Position numbers and translations under genes: made by a program. Below are positions 48,095 to 59,092 of a DNA stretch of 64,000 nt, piece by piece; positions within the stretch are counted from its first letter, which is position 1, and the number at the start of each line of letters is the position of its first letter. This DNA is from an uncultured virus (IMG/VR IMGVR_UViG_3300028797_000153). Lineage: Duplodnaviria; Heunggongvirae; Uroviricota; Caudoviricetes. Location of the stretch: IMG/VR virus record IMGVR_UViG_3300028797_000153, one strand, 5' to 3'. A model generated the notes under the pieces. That model had not been told where the DNA came from. It ran no database searches and worked only from the letters and a program-made list of their open reading frames with translations.

Positions 48095-50023
48095 ATGATG
48101 AAAAACAAAAAAGTTATTAAAGAAATGCTTAACTTTCAAGACTTAACTGAAGAAGAAAAAAAGTCTAGAGGTATATTGGGACGTTTATACGGACCATGTG
48201 CTTCTATCATCGCCCCGACAAGAAACGGACGTAAGTATTCTGATGAAGTCTGGGAAAAAGTATTTAATGAAAATGAAATTGTAAAGGAAATGTTTGCAAA
48301 TGGTGGAATTCCTATGGAACTTGACCATCCAGCAGACAGGGAAGAAACTTGTAGTGAAAAAATTGCTGCTATGCTTCCTGAGCCACCAAAGAAAGATAAT
48401 GATGGCCACTTAATTTGTTATGTTGACCTCATTGATACTCCTTGTGGTAGAATTGCTTATCAATTAGCAAAGTACGGTTTCAAGCTCGGAATTAGTTCTA
48501 GAGGCACTGGTGATTTATATACTGATGCTGATGGAAATGAATCCGTTGACCCAGATACCTATGACTTTACAACATTTGACCTTGTTCTTCTACCAGCAGT
48601 TAAAGATGCTAGATTAACAATGACTGAATCATATAAGCCTTCTAATGAAGCTGGATTCAAAAAAGCCCTTGTTGAATCTCTTGAAGTTGCATCTGATGCT
48701 GATAAAAGAGTTATGGAAGAAACTTTAAAGGACTTAAATATCAGTTTAACTGAAGAAGTCTGCGTTGAAGATGTTCCATATGAAGATCCAGAAGAACCTA
48801 TTACTGATTTATTAATTGAAGAAACCAGTGAAGAGACTCCTGTGATTGAAGAAACCGAATCTACTGAGGAGGCCAATGAACCTTCTGAGGAAACTAGCAC
48901 TGAAGCTCCTGTTGAAGAAGTGTCAGAAGAACCATCTGAAGAAGAAAACATTGAGCCTGAAGTAGAAGCTGGTGAAGAAGCAGTTGTAGAAGCTCCAAAA
49001 GCAGAAACAATTGGCGACTTAGTTAAAGAATTAACTGAATATAATGACGATTTAAGTGTAGAATTTAAACCATTAGTCATTGAAGATAAAGAATACGAAA
49101 TTGCTGGATTAGAGTTTGATAATTCTGAAGAAGGTAAAGTCGTAATTACAATTGGTTATAACTCTGAAAAGGGTGATAATATAGATAGTAGCGAAGAAAA
49201 GGTTGAAGGTGAAGAACCTGCAGAACCTGCTACAATTGCTGATGATGAAACTTCCACAAGTGAAGAAGTTGCCTCTGAAGAAGCTGTCGATGACGGGAAC
49301 GAAGAAGTAATTGAAAGCCTTAAAGAAATGATTCGTCAGAAGAATTTACTTGAGCAAACAGTTAGTGATCTTAAAGCTGCTAAAACAGTTGGCGATGCCG
49401 AGGTCGAACATCTGAAAGAGGAACTTAACAAATACAAAACATCATTTGCAAGAGTAAGCGAGTTGGCCGCAGATTCTAAACGCTTTGAAAAAGAAGTTCA
49501 ATCCTTAACTGAACAATTATCTAAGAAAGATTCCGAAATAGCGGAATTAAAACAAGCACATAAAGTTAGCTTGACAGAAAGTGCAAAAGCTAAAGCAGAT
49601 GAAGTTAAAGTGCTTACTGAAAAACTTGCCACTAAGGCACAAGAAGTTGAAGATGTTAAAGTACAAGCAACTGAAAATGCTACCGCACTCAGAAAAACTA
49701 TTAATGAACGCACAGAAATTGCTAAGAAATATAAAGCAAAATATGAAAGCGTTGTTAGACGTTATATTGAGTCAAAAGCTTCTATGCTCGGTGTCAGACC
49801 AACTGAAATTACCAGCAGATTAAATGAACATTATTCTTTAGATGATGTTGATAAAGTCTGTGAAGAATTATTAGATATTAATTTCAATACATTACCATTT
49901 AATACTGGTCGTGGTGCGAAAGTAAATATCAAAGAGTCTAATGAACGTAAGGTTCAAGCCTCTGATCCTGATAATGGTTATGAAATCGATGATGATTTAT
50001 TAATCTTAGCTGGATTGAAATAA
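48095..50023 (+). CDS. Prohead protease (gp21-like) fused to acidic/coiled-coil scaffold
   Basis: NGRKY, ELDHP, DTPCG, GISSRGTG, FDLVLLPA. Confidence 0.9.
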   Translation: MMKNKKVIKEMLNFQDLTEEEKKSRGILGRLYGPCASIIAPTRNGRKYSDEVWEKVFNENEIVKEMFANGGIPMELDHPADREETCSEKIAAMLPEPPKKDNDGHLICYVDLIDTPCGRIAYQLAKYGFKLGISSRGTGDLYTDADGNESVDPDTYDFTTFDLVLLPAVKDARLTMTESYKPSNEAGFKKALVESLEVASDADKRVMEETLKDLNISLTEEVCVEDVPYEDPEEPITDLLIEETSEETPVIEETESTEEANEPSEETSTEAPVEEVSEEPSEEENIEPEVEAGEEAVVEAPKAETIGDLVKELTEYNDDLSVEFKPLVIEDKEYEIAGLEFDNSEEGKVVITIGYNSEKGDNIDSSEEKVEGEEPAEPATIADDETSTSEEVASEEAVDDGNEEVIESLKEMIRQKNLLEQTVSDLKAAKTVGDAEVEHLKEELNKYKTSFARVSELAADSKRFEKEVQSLTEQLSKKDSEIAELKQAHKVSLTESAKAKADEVKVLTEKLATKAQEVEDVKVQATENATALRKTINERTEIAKKYKAKYESVVRRYIESKASMLGVRPTEITSRLNEHYSLDDVDKVCEELLDINFNTLPFNTGRGAKVNIKESNERKVQASDPDNGYEIDDDLLILAGLK

Positions 50024-50043
50024 AAATTTAATTTATAAAGGAA

Positions 50044-51417
50044 ATGATTATGAGACAAAATTTACTTGAAACTTATTCTCGTCAATTAAAAGTCGCAGAA
50101 GCTTATGTCGCAAAGAATTTCGATAAAACAGTCTCTGCTAATACAAAATTGACAACTGCTGTCTTATTAGACAACACAAACAGATGGATGACAGAAGCTT
50201 TCAGTACAACCGCAACTGCTAGAGCAGATATGGGCGATTGGAAGAAATTCTGCTTAAACCTCACAAACATCGCTGTTCCATCATTAATCGCTAATGATTT
50301 AGTCATCGTTCACCCAATGACTTCTTACAGCGGATCTGTTGCATACTTAAAGTATGTCAGCAAAACTGATAAGGGTGGAGTCGTTAAAGGACAAGAATTC
50401 AACTCTGTTTTCGGTCTTGGTGAAATGAGCCCAGCTCGTGAAAAATTCACAAGCCAAGTCATCGTTGAAGAAGTCGGTTCTAACGGCGAATTACTTTTAC
50501 ACCCAGTTAAGAACGGTCGCTTCGTTAACCCAGAAGATGAATCAAAACATGACGCTAAAGTCAAACGTGATGGTAAAGATGTTTACCTTGATGTCATCGG
50601 TGAAGGCGAAGAAGCTCACCTTGATGTTGCAGCTGGTGAAAAAGTTGCTTACATTGCTGCTGAATTCCAAATGGAACAAGTTCCAGCAATCGACATCCCA
50701 ACAATTGGTCCAAAACTCGAACACATCGCTTTAGTTGCAGAACCAAGACGTATTGCTGTCCGTTATGACCAAATCACTGCTTTCCAAGCAAAAACTGACT
50801 ACGGCTTCTCACTCGATAAACAAATCGCTGAACAAGCTTGTGGTGAATTAGCATACGAAATCGATACAGAAATCGTTGCAATGTTAGCTGAAGGTGCTGG
50901 TAAAGCTCTTCCAGAATTAACATGGTCCAAAGTTCTTCCTGTTGGCGTTAGCAAATTCGAACACTACAATGGCTTCTTAGAAGTTATTGAAAAAGCTCGT
51001 GCTATCATCTACAAGAGAACACAAAAATTCCATCCTAACTATATGGTCATCTCTTCTGACGTTCTTCCAGTTTTAAGATTCGTTAATGGATTTACAGCTG
51101 TCAAGAATGCTAAGATGAATGGTCCTTATAAAGTTGGTGAATTAGATGGTTTATCAATCTATGTTTCCCCAATCCTTAAAGATGGCGAATTCTTCTTTGG
51201 ATTAAACGGCTCTGACATGATGTCATCTGCTGGTGTCTATGCTCCATATATGGCTATCGTTCCAACACAATTACTTGGAACACCAGATGGTGGTTTAGCA
51301 CAAGGCTTCTCAACTTGGTATGCCAAAGCCTTACTCAACACTAATTTATTAGTTGCTGGTAAGATCATTGGTGGCGAACCATTCGAAGGCACCACTTACG
51401 GTGTCATCAATGGCTAA
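50044..51417 (+). CDS. Major capsid protein (gp23-like)
   Basis: LIANDLVIVHPM, LAYEIDTEI, VYAPY; distinct high-expression codon usage. Confidence 0.92.
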   Translation: MIMRQNLLETYSRQLKVAEAYVAKNFDKTVSANTKLTTAVLLDNTNRWMTEAFSTTATARADMGDWKKFCLNLTNIAVPSLIANDLVIVHPMTSYSGSVAYLKYVSKTDKGGVVKGQEFNSVFGLGEMSPAREKFTSQVIVEEVGSNGELLLHPVKNGRFVNPEDESKHDAKVKRDGKDVYLDVIGEGEEAHLDVAAGEKVAYIAAEFQMEQVPAIDIPTIGPKLEHIALVAEPRRIAVRYDQITAFQAKTDYGFSLDKQIAEQACGELAYEIDTEIVAMLAEGAGKALPELTWSKVLPVGVSKFEHYNGFLEVIEKARAIIYKRTQKFHPNYMVISSDVLPVLRFVNGFTAVKNAKMNGPYKVGELDGLSIYVSPILKDGEFFFGLNGSDMMSSAGVYAPYMAIVPTQLLGTPDGGLAQGFSTWYAKALLNTNLLVAGKIIGGEPFEGTTYGVING

Positions 51418-51451
51418 TTAAACGCCAAGTCGATAAAGCAATAAAAAAATT

Positions 51452-51478
51452 AGAGGTTCCTTCGGGAGCCTCTTTTTT
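51452..51478 (+). terminator. Intrinsic terminator after capsid gene
   Basis: AGAGGTTCC-TTCG-GGAGCCTCT-TTTTT. Confidence 0.9.
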
Positions 51479-51538
51479 ATATTAAATCTTAGCTGAATTT
51501 GCTAAATTATACAAAGAGTAAAGGAAAATTATTTTAAT

Positions 51539-54367
51539 ATGACTACTTATGCAGCATATAATTTAAATGAAGATATTAGAAAAAAGAGTTCCTCAGGGGG
51601 AGTTTTTTACGAATTAGCTAAATATACTATTGAACATGACGGCTATGTTTTTGGAGCAGCTTGAAATAAAGATTGATTTGTTGATATATGTTATATTAAG
51701 AAGCTAGAAGACTTACCAAAATTAATGGGGTCTAAATATGTAAAAGCTGATAATAAAAATACTTTTAAAGAATGTAAAGAATTTTTAGATTCTGGAAAAC
51801 AAGTTTTATATTCTGGTACTCCTTGTCAAATATATGCATTAAAATTTTTCCTTAAAAAAGATTATGATAATTTATTAACTGTTAGTGTTGCTTGTTTTGG
51901 GACTACTCCGCTTGTTGTTTGAAAAGACTACTTAGAAACAATTAAAAGACCAGATGCTGAAATAACAGAAATAAACTTAAGAGATAAATCTGATACTAAT
52001 TGAAATAATTATAAATATACTATTAAATATTCTGATGGAAAAATAATCTCAGAAAACCATTTAAATAATAAATATTCAAAAGCATATATAAGTGCTGGTT
52101 ATTTTAATAAACCATGTTATAATTGTATAGCCAAAAAAGAGTTAAAATCTGATATTTCTATTGGTGATTTTTGAGGAGTTCAAGAAGCTTTGCCAAAAAT
52201 TGATGCAAAGCTTGGAGTTAGTTTTATTATCTGTAACTCAAACAAAGGTGAAAAGATTATTAAAGCTCTTAATAATCTAAAGCTTGAAGAAATTAAAGAT
52301 ATAAATAAAGTTAAAAAATTTAACCGTGGAATTCAAGAGACTCCAGGAACTAAAGAGACTACTTATAATAAAAATATTTTTAGGAAAAAAGTAGCAATAG
52401 TTACAATGAATTTACATTTTAATATTGGAACAGCTTTACAAGCTTATGCCTTACAAAAAGTTATTTTAGATAATGGTTATGATTGTGATGTAATTACATG
52501 AGCTCGTAAAGATAGACTTCATTTTTGTGATACCTATATTAAAATGAGAATTTTACCTACTGCACAAGATTATGATAAAATAAAAGAATCTGACTATGAT
52601 ATATTTGTAGTTGGTAGTGACCAAATTTGGAGAAAAAACACTAGTTTAAAAGACTATAAAGAAAACTATATTAATTACCCATTTTTAGGATTTACTGCCA
52701 ACTGAAGCAAAGTTAGATTTTCATATGCAGCTTCATTTGGAACTTCTTGACAATATGATAAAGCAGAAGACGAAAAAATAACAAATATTTTAAAGCAATT
52801 TAATGCACTATCTACCAGAGAATTAAGCTCAATTATAGACTGCGAAGATAAGCTTGGCCTAAATTTTGAGCAACATATTGACCCAACTATGTTGCTAAAC
52901 AAAGAAGACTACCTAAAGCTTTGTTCAAATATTACTGCAAATCATAATAAAAATATTTTTAAATATATTTTACATGAGACAACAGATAAAACTAATTTTA
53001 TTAATGAAAAAGCAAAAAAATTAGGATTACCAATAACTACACATAATAAACTATATGTGGTAGACTGGCTTGCTAAGATGCGTGATACTAGTTTAGTAAT
53101 TACAGATTCTTTCCATGGTGTGATTTTTTCTATTATTTTTAATAAACCATTTATTTACTGAAATACTAGAGACAGTGGTAAAGCTCGTTTTGAAACTATT
53201 GAAAAATTATTTAATATCCAGAATAGACAAATTAAAGATAATTTTACTATTACTGATGAATTGCTTAAACCGGCTAATATTAATTTAAATAATAACAGAC
53301 AAAAAAGTTTGGATTATATATTAAAAAATTTGGCCGCTGTACCACAACAATTAACTATTAACCTTTCACAAAATAAATTAAACTGGCAAAAAAATAATAA
53401 ACAAGCCTGAATGTTATTTTTAAGCTCAGATAACTATATTTATTATGTATTAAATGTTTATAAAAATTTATTAGATCACAATACTAAATATGCAGTATGC
53501 TGTGGTTATACAGAAGATGTTAGTCAAACAACTGTTAATATATTAAATAAATGTGGGATTATTACCTTTAAACTTGATACTAAAGCTATTTTGCATGAAA
53601 ATATTAAACTTAGGGGCATATCTAATTGAATTAAAGCTTTTACAAAACTTGGCTTATTGAAGAACCAGCTTAATTTAGATAAAATGATCTATCTAGATTC
53701 TGACTTAGGAATTTATGATAATATTGATGAATTATTTAATAAGCCACATATGAGTGCAGTGCTAGATGGTGCGCCACTTCCAAATAGAAAACCTGGACCA
53801 TATCAAATTGGAGATTCTATTTTTTGTTCTGGTCTGTTTGTTTGAGATTTTAAGAATAATAATAATGATGCTAATAAATTATTACAATTATTACCAAAGC
53901 TTCCAAAAGATGTAGAATGACATGACCAAAATGTTTTAAACTACTACTATAAAGACTGACAAAATCAAAAAAATTTACATTTAGATTATACATATGGTCT
54001 TATGACTACTATTCCTAAATTTAAATTTGTTAACCCAGTTAGAGGTAAAAACTGACCTAAAGTTATACACTATATAGCTGGCCAAGGTGAGAAAACAAAA
54101 ATACCATTTATAAATCAAAAATTTAATCTTCAAAGTTGATGTGATATGCTATTAATAGATGATTACTATACTGAAATAAATAATAGCATTATTGCATTAA
54201 AACAATTATATGATTTTGATTTGCCTCTTATTAGTACTCAAAATATTGTACATAAAAAAGCAGATAAAATTGCAGCCAAAGAAGAAACTATAAAGTGAGC
54301 AGAAATAGAACAAAAGAAAAAAGATATACGTGCAGATGGCAGACCAAATACTTACCTATATTTTTAA
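51539..54367 (+). CDS. Fusion of FrhB-like (F420 hydrogenase beta) + polysaccharide pyruvyltransferase + GT8 glycosyltransferase, 942 aa (17 TGA=Trp)
   Basis: SSSGGVF, GSKY, SGTPCQI, SDISIGDF-W-G; VGSDQIW, SYAASFG, TDSFHG; YLDSD, DQNVLN, VIHY; one open frame under code 4. Confidence 0.88.
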
Positions 54368-54376
54368 GGAGATTAT

Positions 54377-55165
54377 ATGATAAAAAAATACTTCGGAATT
54401 ATTTCTTGGTTCCCAGATGATGAACCGCATAGGGGCCAAAGACTCAGTAGACTAAATCAAACATTTAAACATTTAACTGATTTATTTGGAACAGAAATAG
54501 AATTTTTAATTATTGCTCAAAACTGGAAAGATTATAAGGTTCCTGAATTTGTTAAGCACACTATAATTCATAAATTTGATAAGCTTGGTATTCTTGGAGC
54601 CAGAAAAATGCTACGTGAAAAATTCTTAGAAAGTGACTATGATTATCTAATTATGTGTGATGATGATATTGTATTAAAACCAGAGATTGAAAATGCACCA
54701 CAAAAATATATGGAAGAATTAGACAAATATCCACAAGGTTTTTCATTTGTTAGATATGGCTGGTCGCTAACTTTTTGTGCAATTTCTAAATATATTTATG
54801 AAAAAGAGCCTATGGTTGATGTAGACCCAGAAAAGAATGAAGGATATGAAGATATGGTATTTCCTTTACTTCTTCATTATAAATACCCACAAAATGAATT
54901 CAAAACAAGTAATTTATTTAGTTTCCACCAACATGAGGCAAAATTCAAAAAAGATCACAAGTCTACATGGATGGTAAGAGGTATTGATTATAATGAAATA
55001 CAAATAAATACTGATACCTATACTAAAAATTTTAAAGAGGGTAATTTTAATATCGAAAAAATCAAAGAGGATATTAATAAATACTGGGCAGAAAGAAAAG
55101 CACAAAACAGTTATAACCCAAAACATGTTGCTGATGGACAAGATAATTGTTTCTTATATTTCTAA
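54377..55165 (+). CDS. GT-A fold glycosyltransferase (GT2-like)
   Basis: GILGAR, YDYLIMCDDD, GYED. Confidence 0.75.
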   Translation: MIKKYFGIISWFPDDEPHRGQRLSRLNQTFKHLTDLFGTEIEFLIIAQNWKDYKVPEFVKHTIIHKFDKLGILGARKMLREKFLESDYDYLIMCDDDIVLKPEIENAPQKYMEELDKYPQGFSFVRYGWSLTFCAISKYIYEKEPMVDVDPEKNEGYEDMVFPLLLHYKYPQNEFKTSNLFSFHQHEAKFKKDHKSTWMVRGIDYNEIQINTDTYTKNFKEGNFNIEKIKEDINKYWAERKAQNSYNPKHVADGQDNCFLYF

Positions 55166-55252
55166 CCTAAATATGCTATAATACATAGTATTATTTACTT
55201 TTATTTGCTAAATTAATTGATATGAACGCCAATAGGAGGAGTTTTATAGAAG

Positions 55253-55978
55253 ATGACTAAAAAAGATGTTGCCGATGAAATAAAACTTGAACTTACTGGC
55301 CAAATCTTAGAACTTGAAATCGATGACTCAACAATTGACCTTATAATTAGTAAGGGATTACGTGAGCTTCAAAGATTCTGGGATGAGTCATCAATGATAA
55401 GCGTTCCATATGCTTCTTGTATTGATTACTCAGGAACACCATTAGAAGATTCAAGCTCAATTGTTAAGGTATATAGAACGCAAGGCTTAGGTGTTGCAGG
55501 TGGTACAACTGATATATCTGTAAACTCTGACCCACTATATATGCAACAATGAATGATCTTCAGTAATGGTGGAACAATGTATAATTTAAATGATTATGTA
55601 ATGAATTATGCAGCTTGGAGTACCTTATCCCAAATCAAAAATACAATTTCTACAGATATGGCATTCAGAGAGGACAAGCACAATCACAAGCTCTATATTA
55701 ATTGTGCTATGGGAGCTCCTAGCGGAATTACAATAGAGTATATACCAAAATTACAAAAAGTTGAAGATATTAAAAGTGATTATTGAATTGATATACTAAT
55801 TAAATTATGCTTAGCGTTAACAAAAATAACACTTGGCAGAATTAGAACCAGATTTACCCAATCAAATACACTTTGGGCACAAGATGGTGAAACAATGCTA
55901 AGTGAAGGAACCACTGAGCTTAAAGAATTACGTGATATGCTCACATCGAATTCTAATTTAATTTATCCAATTGATTAA
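55253..55978 (+). CDS. Neck/head-completion protein (gp13-like), 241 aa (2 TGA=Trp)
   Basis: Position; LELEIDD, W-IDILIKLCLALTKITLGRIRTRF, DGETMLSEG. Confidence 0.75.
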
Positions 55979-55997
55979 TAAGGAGAGTTGAATACCT

Positions 55998-58511
55998 ATG
56001 GAAAAACAACCAATTACAAAATTTGACCTTGAGGCTGCATTCAAAGCTTTAGACGAAATTGAAGTGCCTGCTGTTGAAGGTGGAATTATCGCTAATAAAC
56101 CAGCTGTTTTATTTGAAGATATTAAAAGAGCTGATAAAACTTCATTATTACTTGAAGATTACTATGATTTAGGCAGTAATGAAGATTTAGAACAAGCTAA
56201 AGAAGATCGCGAAGCAGAAGTTGCAAAAGCTAAACTTGCTAAGATTGAAAAAATCGTTGACCTTGATGCTGAAACAGAAGATGACATACAACCTTCATAT
56301 GTTGGCAAAGTTATTATTCAATGCCCACAATGTATGACACTCTTCTACAAAAACCCAGAAGATATTGAATATTCTGAAGAAAACCCAGATGTTGTTAATA
56401 TTAATGAAACATGCCAACACTGTGGAAATAACTCAGGCTATACATTAATCGGTAAGGTTGATAATGTTTCTGAAGAAGAAGCTGATAAGTATGAAGGTGG
56501 CGAAGAAGCTGCTGAAGAAGATGACCTTGACCTTGACTTTGGTGAACCAACTGAAGAAGTTGATGCTGAAGGAACTGGCGAGGCTGAAGTTGACGAAGAA
56601 GATGCTTTTGATTTAGATATTGAAGAAGAACCAGAAGAAGAGGCTGAAGAAGAAGTTAAAGAATCACTTAATGAAGATGCTGAAAGTGATGCTGAAGAAG
56701 AAGTTGAAGAAACTGCTGAAGCTGAAACCCTTGGTGAATTAGTAGATGAATTAACAGTTGCCGAAGAAGAAACACCTGTTGAATTTAAGCCAGTTGAAAC
56801 ACCAGAAGGTGAGGAGCTTGAAGTTAAAGGTTTAGAAATTGAAACAGAAGAAGATCCAGAAAAGGTTGTTATTTCTGTTGATGTTGAAGCTAAAGAAGAA
56901 GGCTCTGAAGAAGCTAATGAAGAAGCAGCTGAAGAAGAAAAAGAAGAAGAAGAAGAACCTGTTGAAGAAAGCTTAAATGCTTCTGAAGAACAAAAAGATG
57001 CTGAAGAAGGTTCTGAACTTAAAACTGAAAATGAGTCTGAAAATTTAACACTTAATGAAGAAACTGTTAATGAAGGTGTTGATAAAGATTTAGATGCAAA
57101 ATTAAAAGCACATAATGATTATATTGCTTATCTTCAACAAATGATTAAGCAAGAAGAAGAAGCTTTAGCAAAAGCAGACAATGAAGAAGTTAAAGCAGCT
57201 ATTCAAAGAAGATTAGATGCTTTTGAACAAGATTTAAAAGATGCTTTGCCAGAAGCTGTTAAAGAAGAAGCTGAAGTTGAAGAATTACCAACTCCAGAAG
57301 AAGCCGGAGCAGAAGAAGTTAAAGAGGAAGAAAAAGTAGAAGAAAGCTTAAATGAAAGTTTAAATAATTCAGAAGTCCAAGCAGAAGCTAAAGAAGAAAG
57401 TGAATTAGCAACTGAAAATGAATCTGAAGAAAAAACACTCAATGAAGATGTTTCTGAAATTGAATCAGCTCTTACACAATTCTGCAACAGTTTAGATGAA
57501 AGCTGCGAAGGTGAAGAGTGTAAAGAATGCAAAGAAGATCTCAGCACTGAAATGAAATTAGCTGAATACGAAGCATCATTACCAGAATCATGTGCAGAAG
57601 GTAAAGACTGTAAAGAAGAAGTTTGCCCAAAATGTGGTAAAGCTCCTTGTGAATGTGAAAGCTTAAAAGAAGCTTCTGCTAGTGAATTTGAAGTTTCTGA
57701 TGCTGATTTTCACAAGATGATTAACAGCCAATCATTTAAAGATTTTAGTGAAGAATTAGAAGAACATATTAATGAAGAACATCCAGCAATTGAAAGTGAA
57801 CAAGAATATCAAGGTGTTGATAATCAAGTAGTTCCTTGTGAAACAGAATTATTAATGACTCACTCTGAAGATGAAAAACCATTAGATTGCAAAATGGAAA
57901 AACCAGCCCTTGAAGAGCCAGTTGCTGGTGAACAAATTGATGTTAAAATTACTGAGGATACATTAACTGAATCTCCATCTGATATCTGCAATATGGCTGT
58001 TTATAAAGATGTTATTAATAGAATTGAACATGCTGGTGAAAGTGCTGTTGAAGAAGATTTAGAAGATAAGCATGATGAAACAGCTGAAAAAGAAGAAACA
58101 GATAGTGCAGAAGAAGTTGATAAAGTTATTAAAACTTGGGAAAGCTTAGAAGATTTACATGAAGCTTCATTAGATGATCATATTTCTGATTATTTAACTG
58201 AAGTATATTCTAATGTTGATAGCTTCCAAACAACAGCTTGCTCCCAAGAAGATAATAAATTAATTGTTGAAGGAAATATCTTATTCAAATCAGGCAATTC
58301 AAGAAAAACAACATTTGAATTTACCGAAAATAAAGAAGCTGAAAAAGAAAATGCCTCACAAGTTATTTATGAAGGCTTAAATAAAGATTTCGCTGATGCT
58401 CCAGCATTTACTTTAAAAGGTATTGCTGAAGAAAACGGAAAAATTCTTGTTACAGAAAGCTTTGGCTATAAATATACAATTAACAATACTTTAGTTGAAG
58501 GTTTAAAATAA
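55998..58511 (+). CDS. Very acidic protein with CxxC motifs, putative head core/internal protein
   Basis: E-rich, repeated ESLNE/LxE motifs. Confidence 0.75.
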   Translation: MEKQPITKFDLEAAFKALDEIEVPAVEGGIIANKPAVLFEDIKRADKTSLLLEDYYDLGSNEDLEQAKEDREAEVAKAKLAKIEKIVDLDAETEDDIQPSYVGKVIIQCPQCMTLFYKNPEDIEYSEENPDVVNINETCQHCGNNSGYTLIGKVDNVSEEEADKYEGGEEAAEEDDLDLDFGEPTEEVDAEGTGEAEVDEEDAFDLDIEEEPEEEAEEEVKESLNEDAESDAEEEVEETAEAETLGELVDELTVAEEETPVEFKPVETPEGEELEVKGLEIETEEDPEKVVISVDVEAKEEGSEEANEEAAEEEKEEEEEPVEESLNASEEQKDAEEGSELKTENESENLTLNEETVNEGVDKDLDAKLKAHNDYIAYLQQMIKQEEEALAKADNEEVKAAIQRRLDAFEQDLKDALPEAVKEEAEVEELPTPEEAGAEEVKEEEKVEESLNESLNNSEVQAEAKEESELATENESEEKTLNEDVSEIESALTQFCNSLDESCEGEECKECKEDLSTEMKLAEYEASLPESCAEGKDCKEEVCPKCGKAPCECESLKEASASEFEVSDADFHKMINSQSFKDFSEELEEHINEEHPAIESEQEYQGVDNQVVPCETELLMTHSEDEKPLDCKMEKPALEEPVAGEQIDVKITEDTLTESPSDICNMAVYKDVINRIEHAGESAVEEDLEDKHDETAEKEETDSAEEVDKVIKTWESLEDLHEASLDDHISDYLTEVYSNVDSFQTTACSQEDNKLIVEGNILFKSGNSRKTTFEFTENKEAEKENASQVIYEGLNKDFADAPAFTLKGIAEENGKILVTESFGYKYTINNTLVEGLK

Positions 58512-58581
58512 AAAGATACTTATATAGGACCGATACACAGTATTAGGCCCTATTTTATTAAGAAGCAATGGGAGGCTATGT

Positions 58582-59091
58582 ATGTCTGATACACCAAATA
58601 ACTATGGCATATTATTAAATAAAAATATTAAATTGCATAGAAACTGGTTTAAGCAAATGACAAAGCTTATCGGTATCAACTGCATTTATAAAGCTCCACT
58701 ACCTGGAAAACATTTTGACACACATGGTGATTTAGATGCTGACTACTTCCCAGGAAAATTAGTTGGCTGCATTTTTCAAGATCATCCAGACCAAAAAACA
58801 TTAAAGAAAATGGGATGGGTCGCTGAATTACAAGAAGGCTCATCTGTTATCCATGTTCCATATGATTTACCAGATTTACAAGTAGGCGCGCTTTTTATCG
58901 TACCTAGCGGAATAGACAATGCACAAGGCCGTGTTTTCCGTGTAATTAGTATGCAAAATATTATGGTTTATCCTGCTTCTATTGCCTGTGAAATTGCTCC
59001 TGAATATATTGATGATGTTGAACCAGTACTAACAAGAGACTTTGAAGATACTAATTTTACAATGCTTGTAGACCATGAGGAGGATGACTAA
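58582..59091 (+). CDS. Putative head-closure/neck protein
   Basis: Position between head and tail genes. Confidence 0.55.
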   Translation: MSDTPNNYGILLNKNIKLHRNWFKQMTKLIGINCIYKAPLPGKHFDTHGDLDADYFPGKLVGCIFQDHPDQKTLKKMGWVAELQEGSSVIHVPYDLPDLQVGALFIVPSGIDNAQGRVFRVISMQNIMVYPASIACEIAPEYIDDVEPVLTRDFEDTNFTMLVDHEEDD

Positions 59092-59092
59092 T

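Noticed and set aside
51539..54367. TGA as Gly (code 25) or selenocysteine
   Set aside because: TGA occupies motif positions where Trp is expected (GDFWG) and occurs 17 times in one gene.
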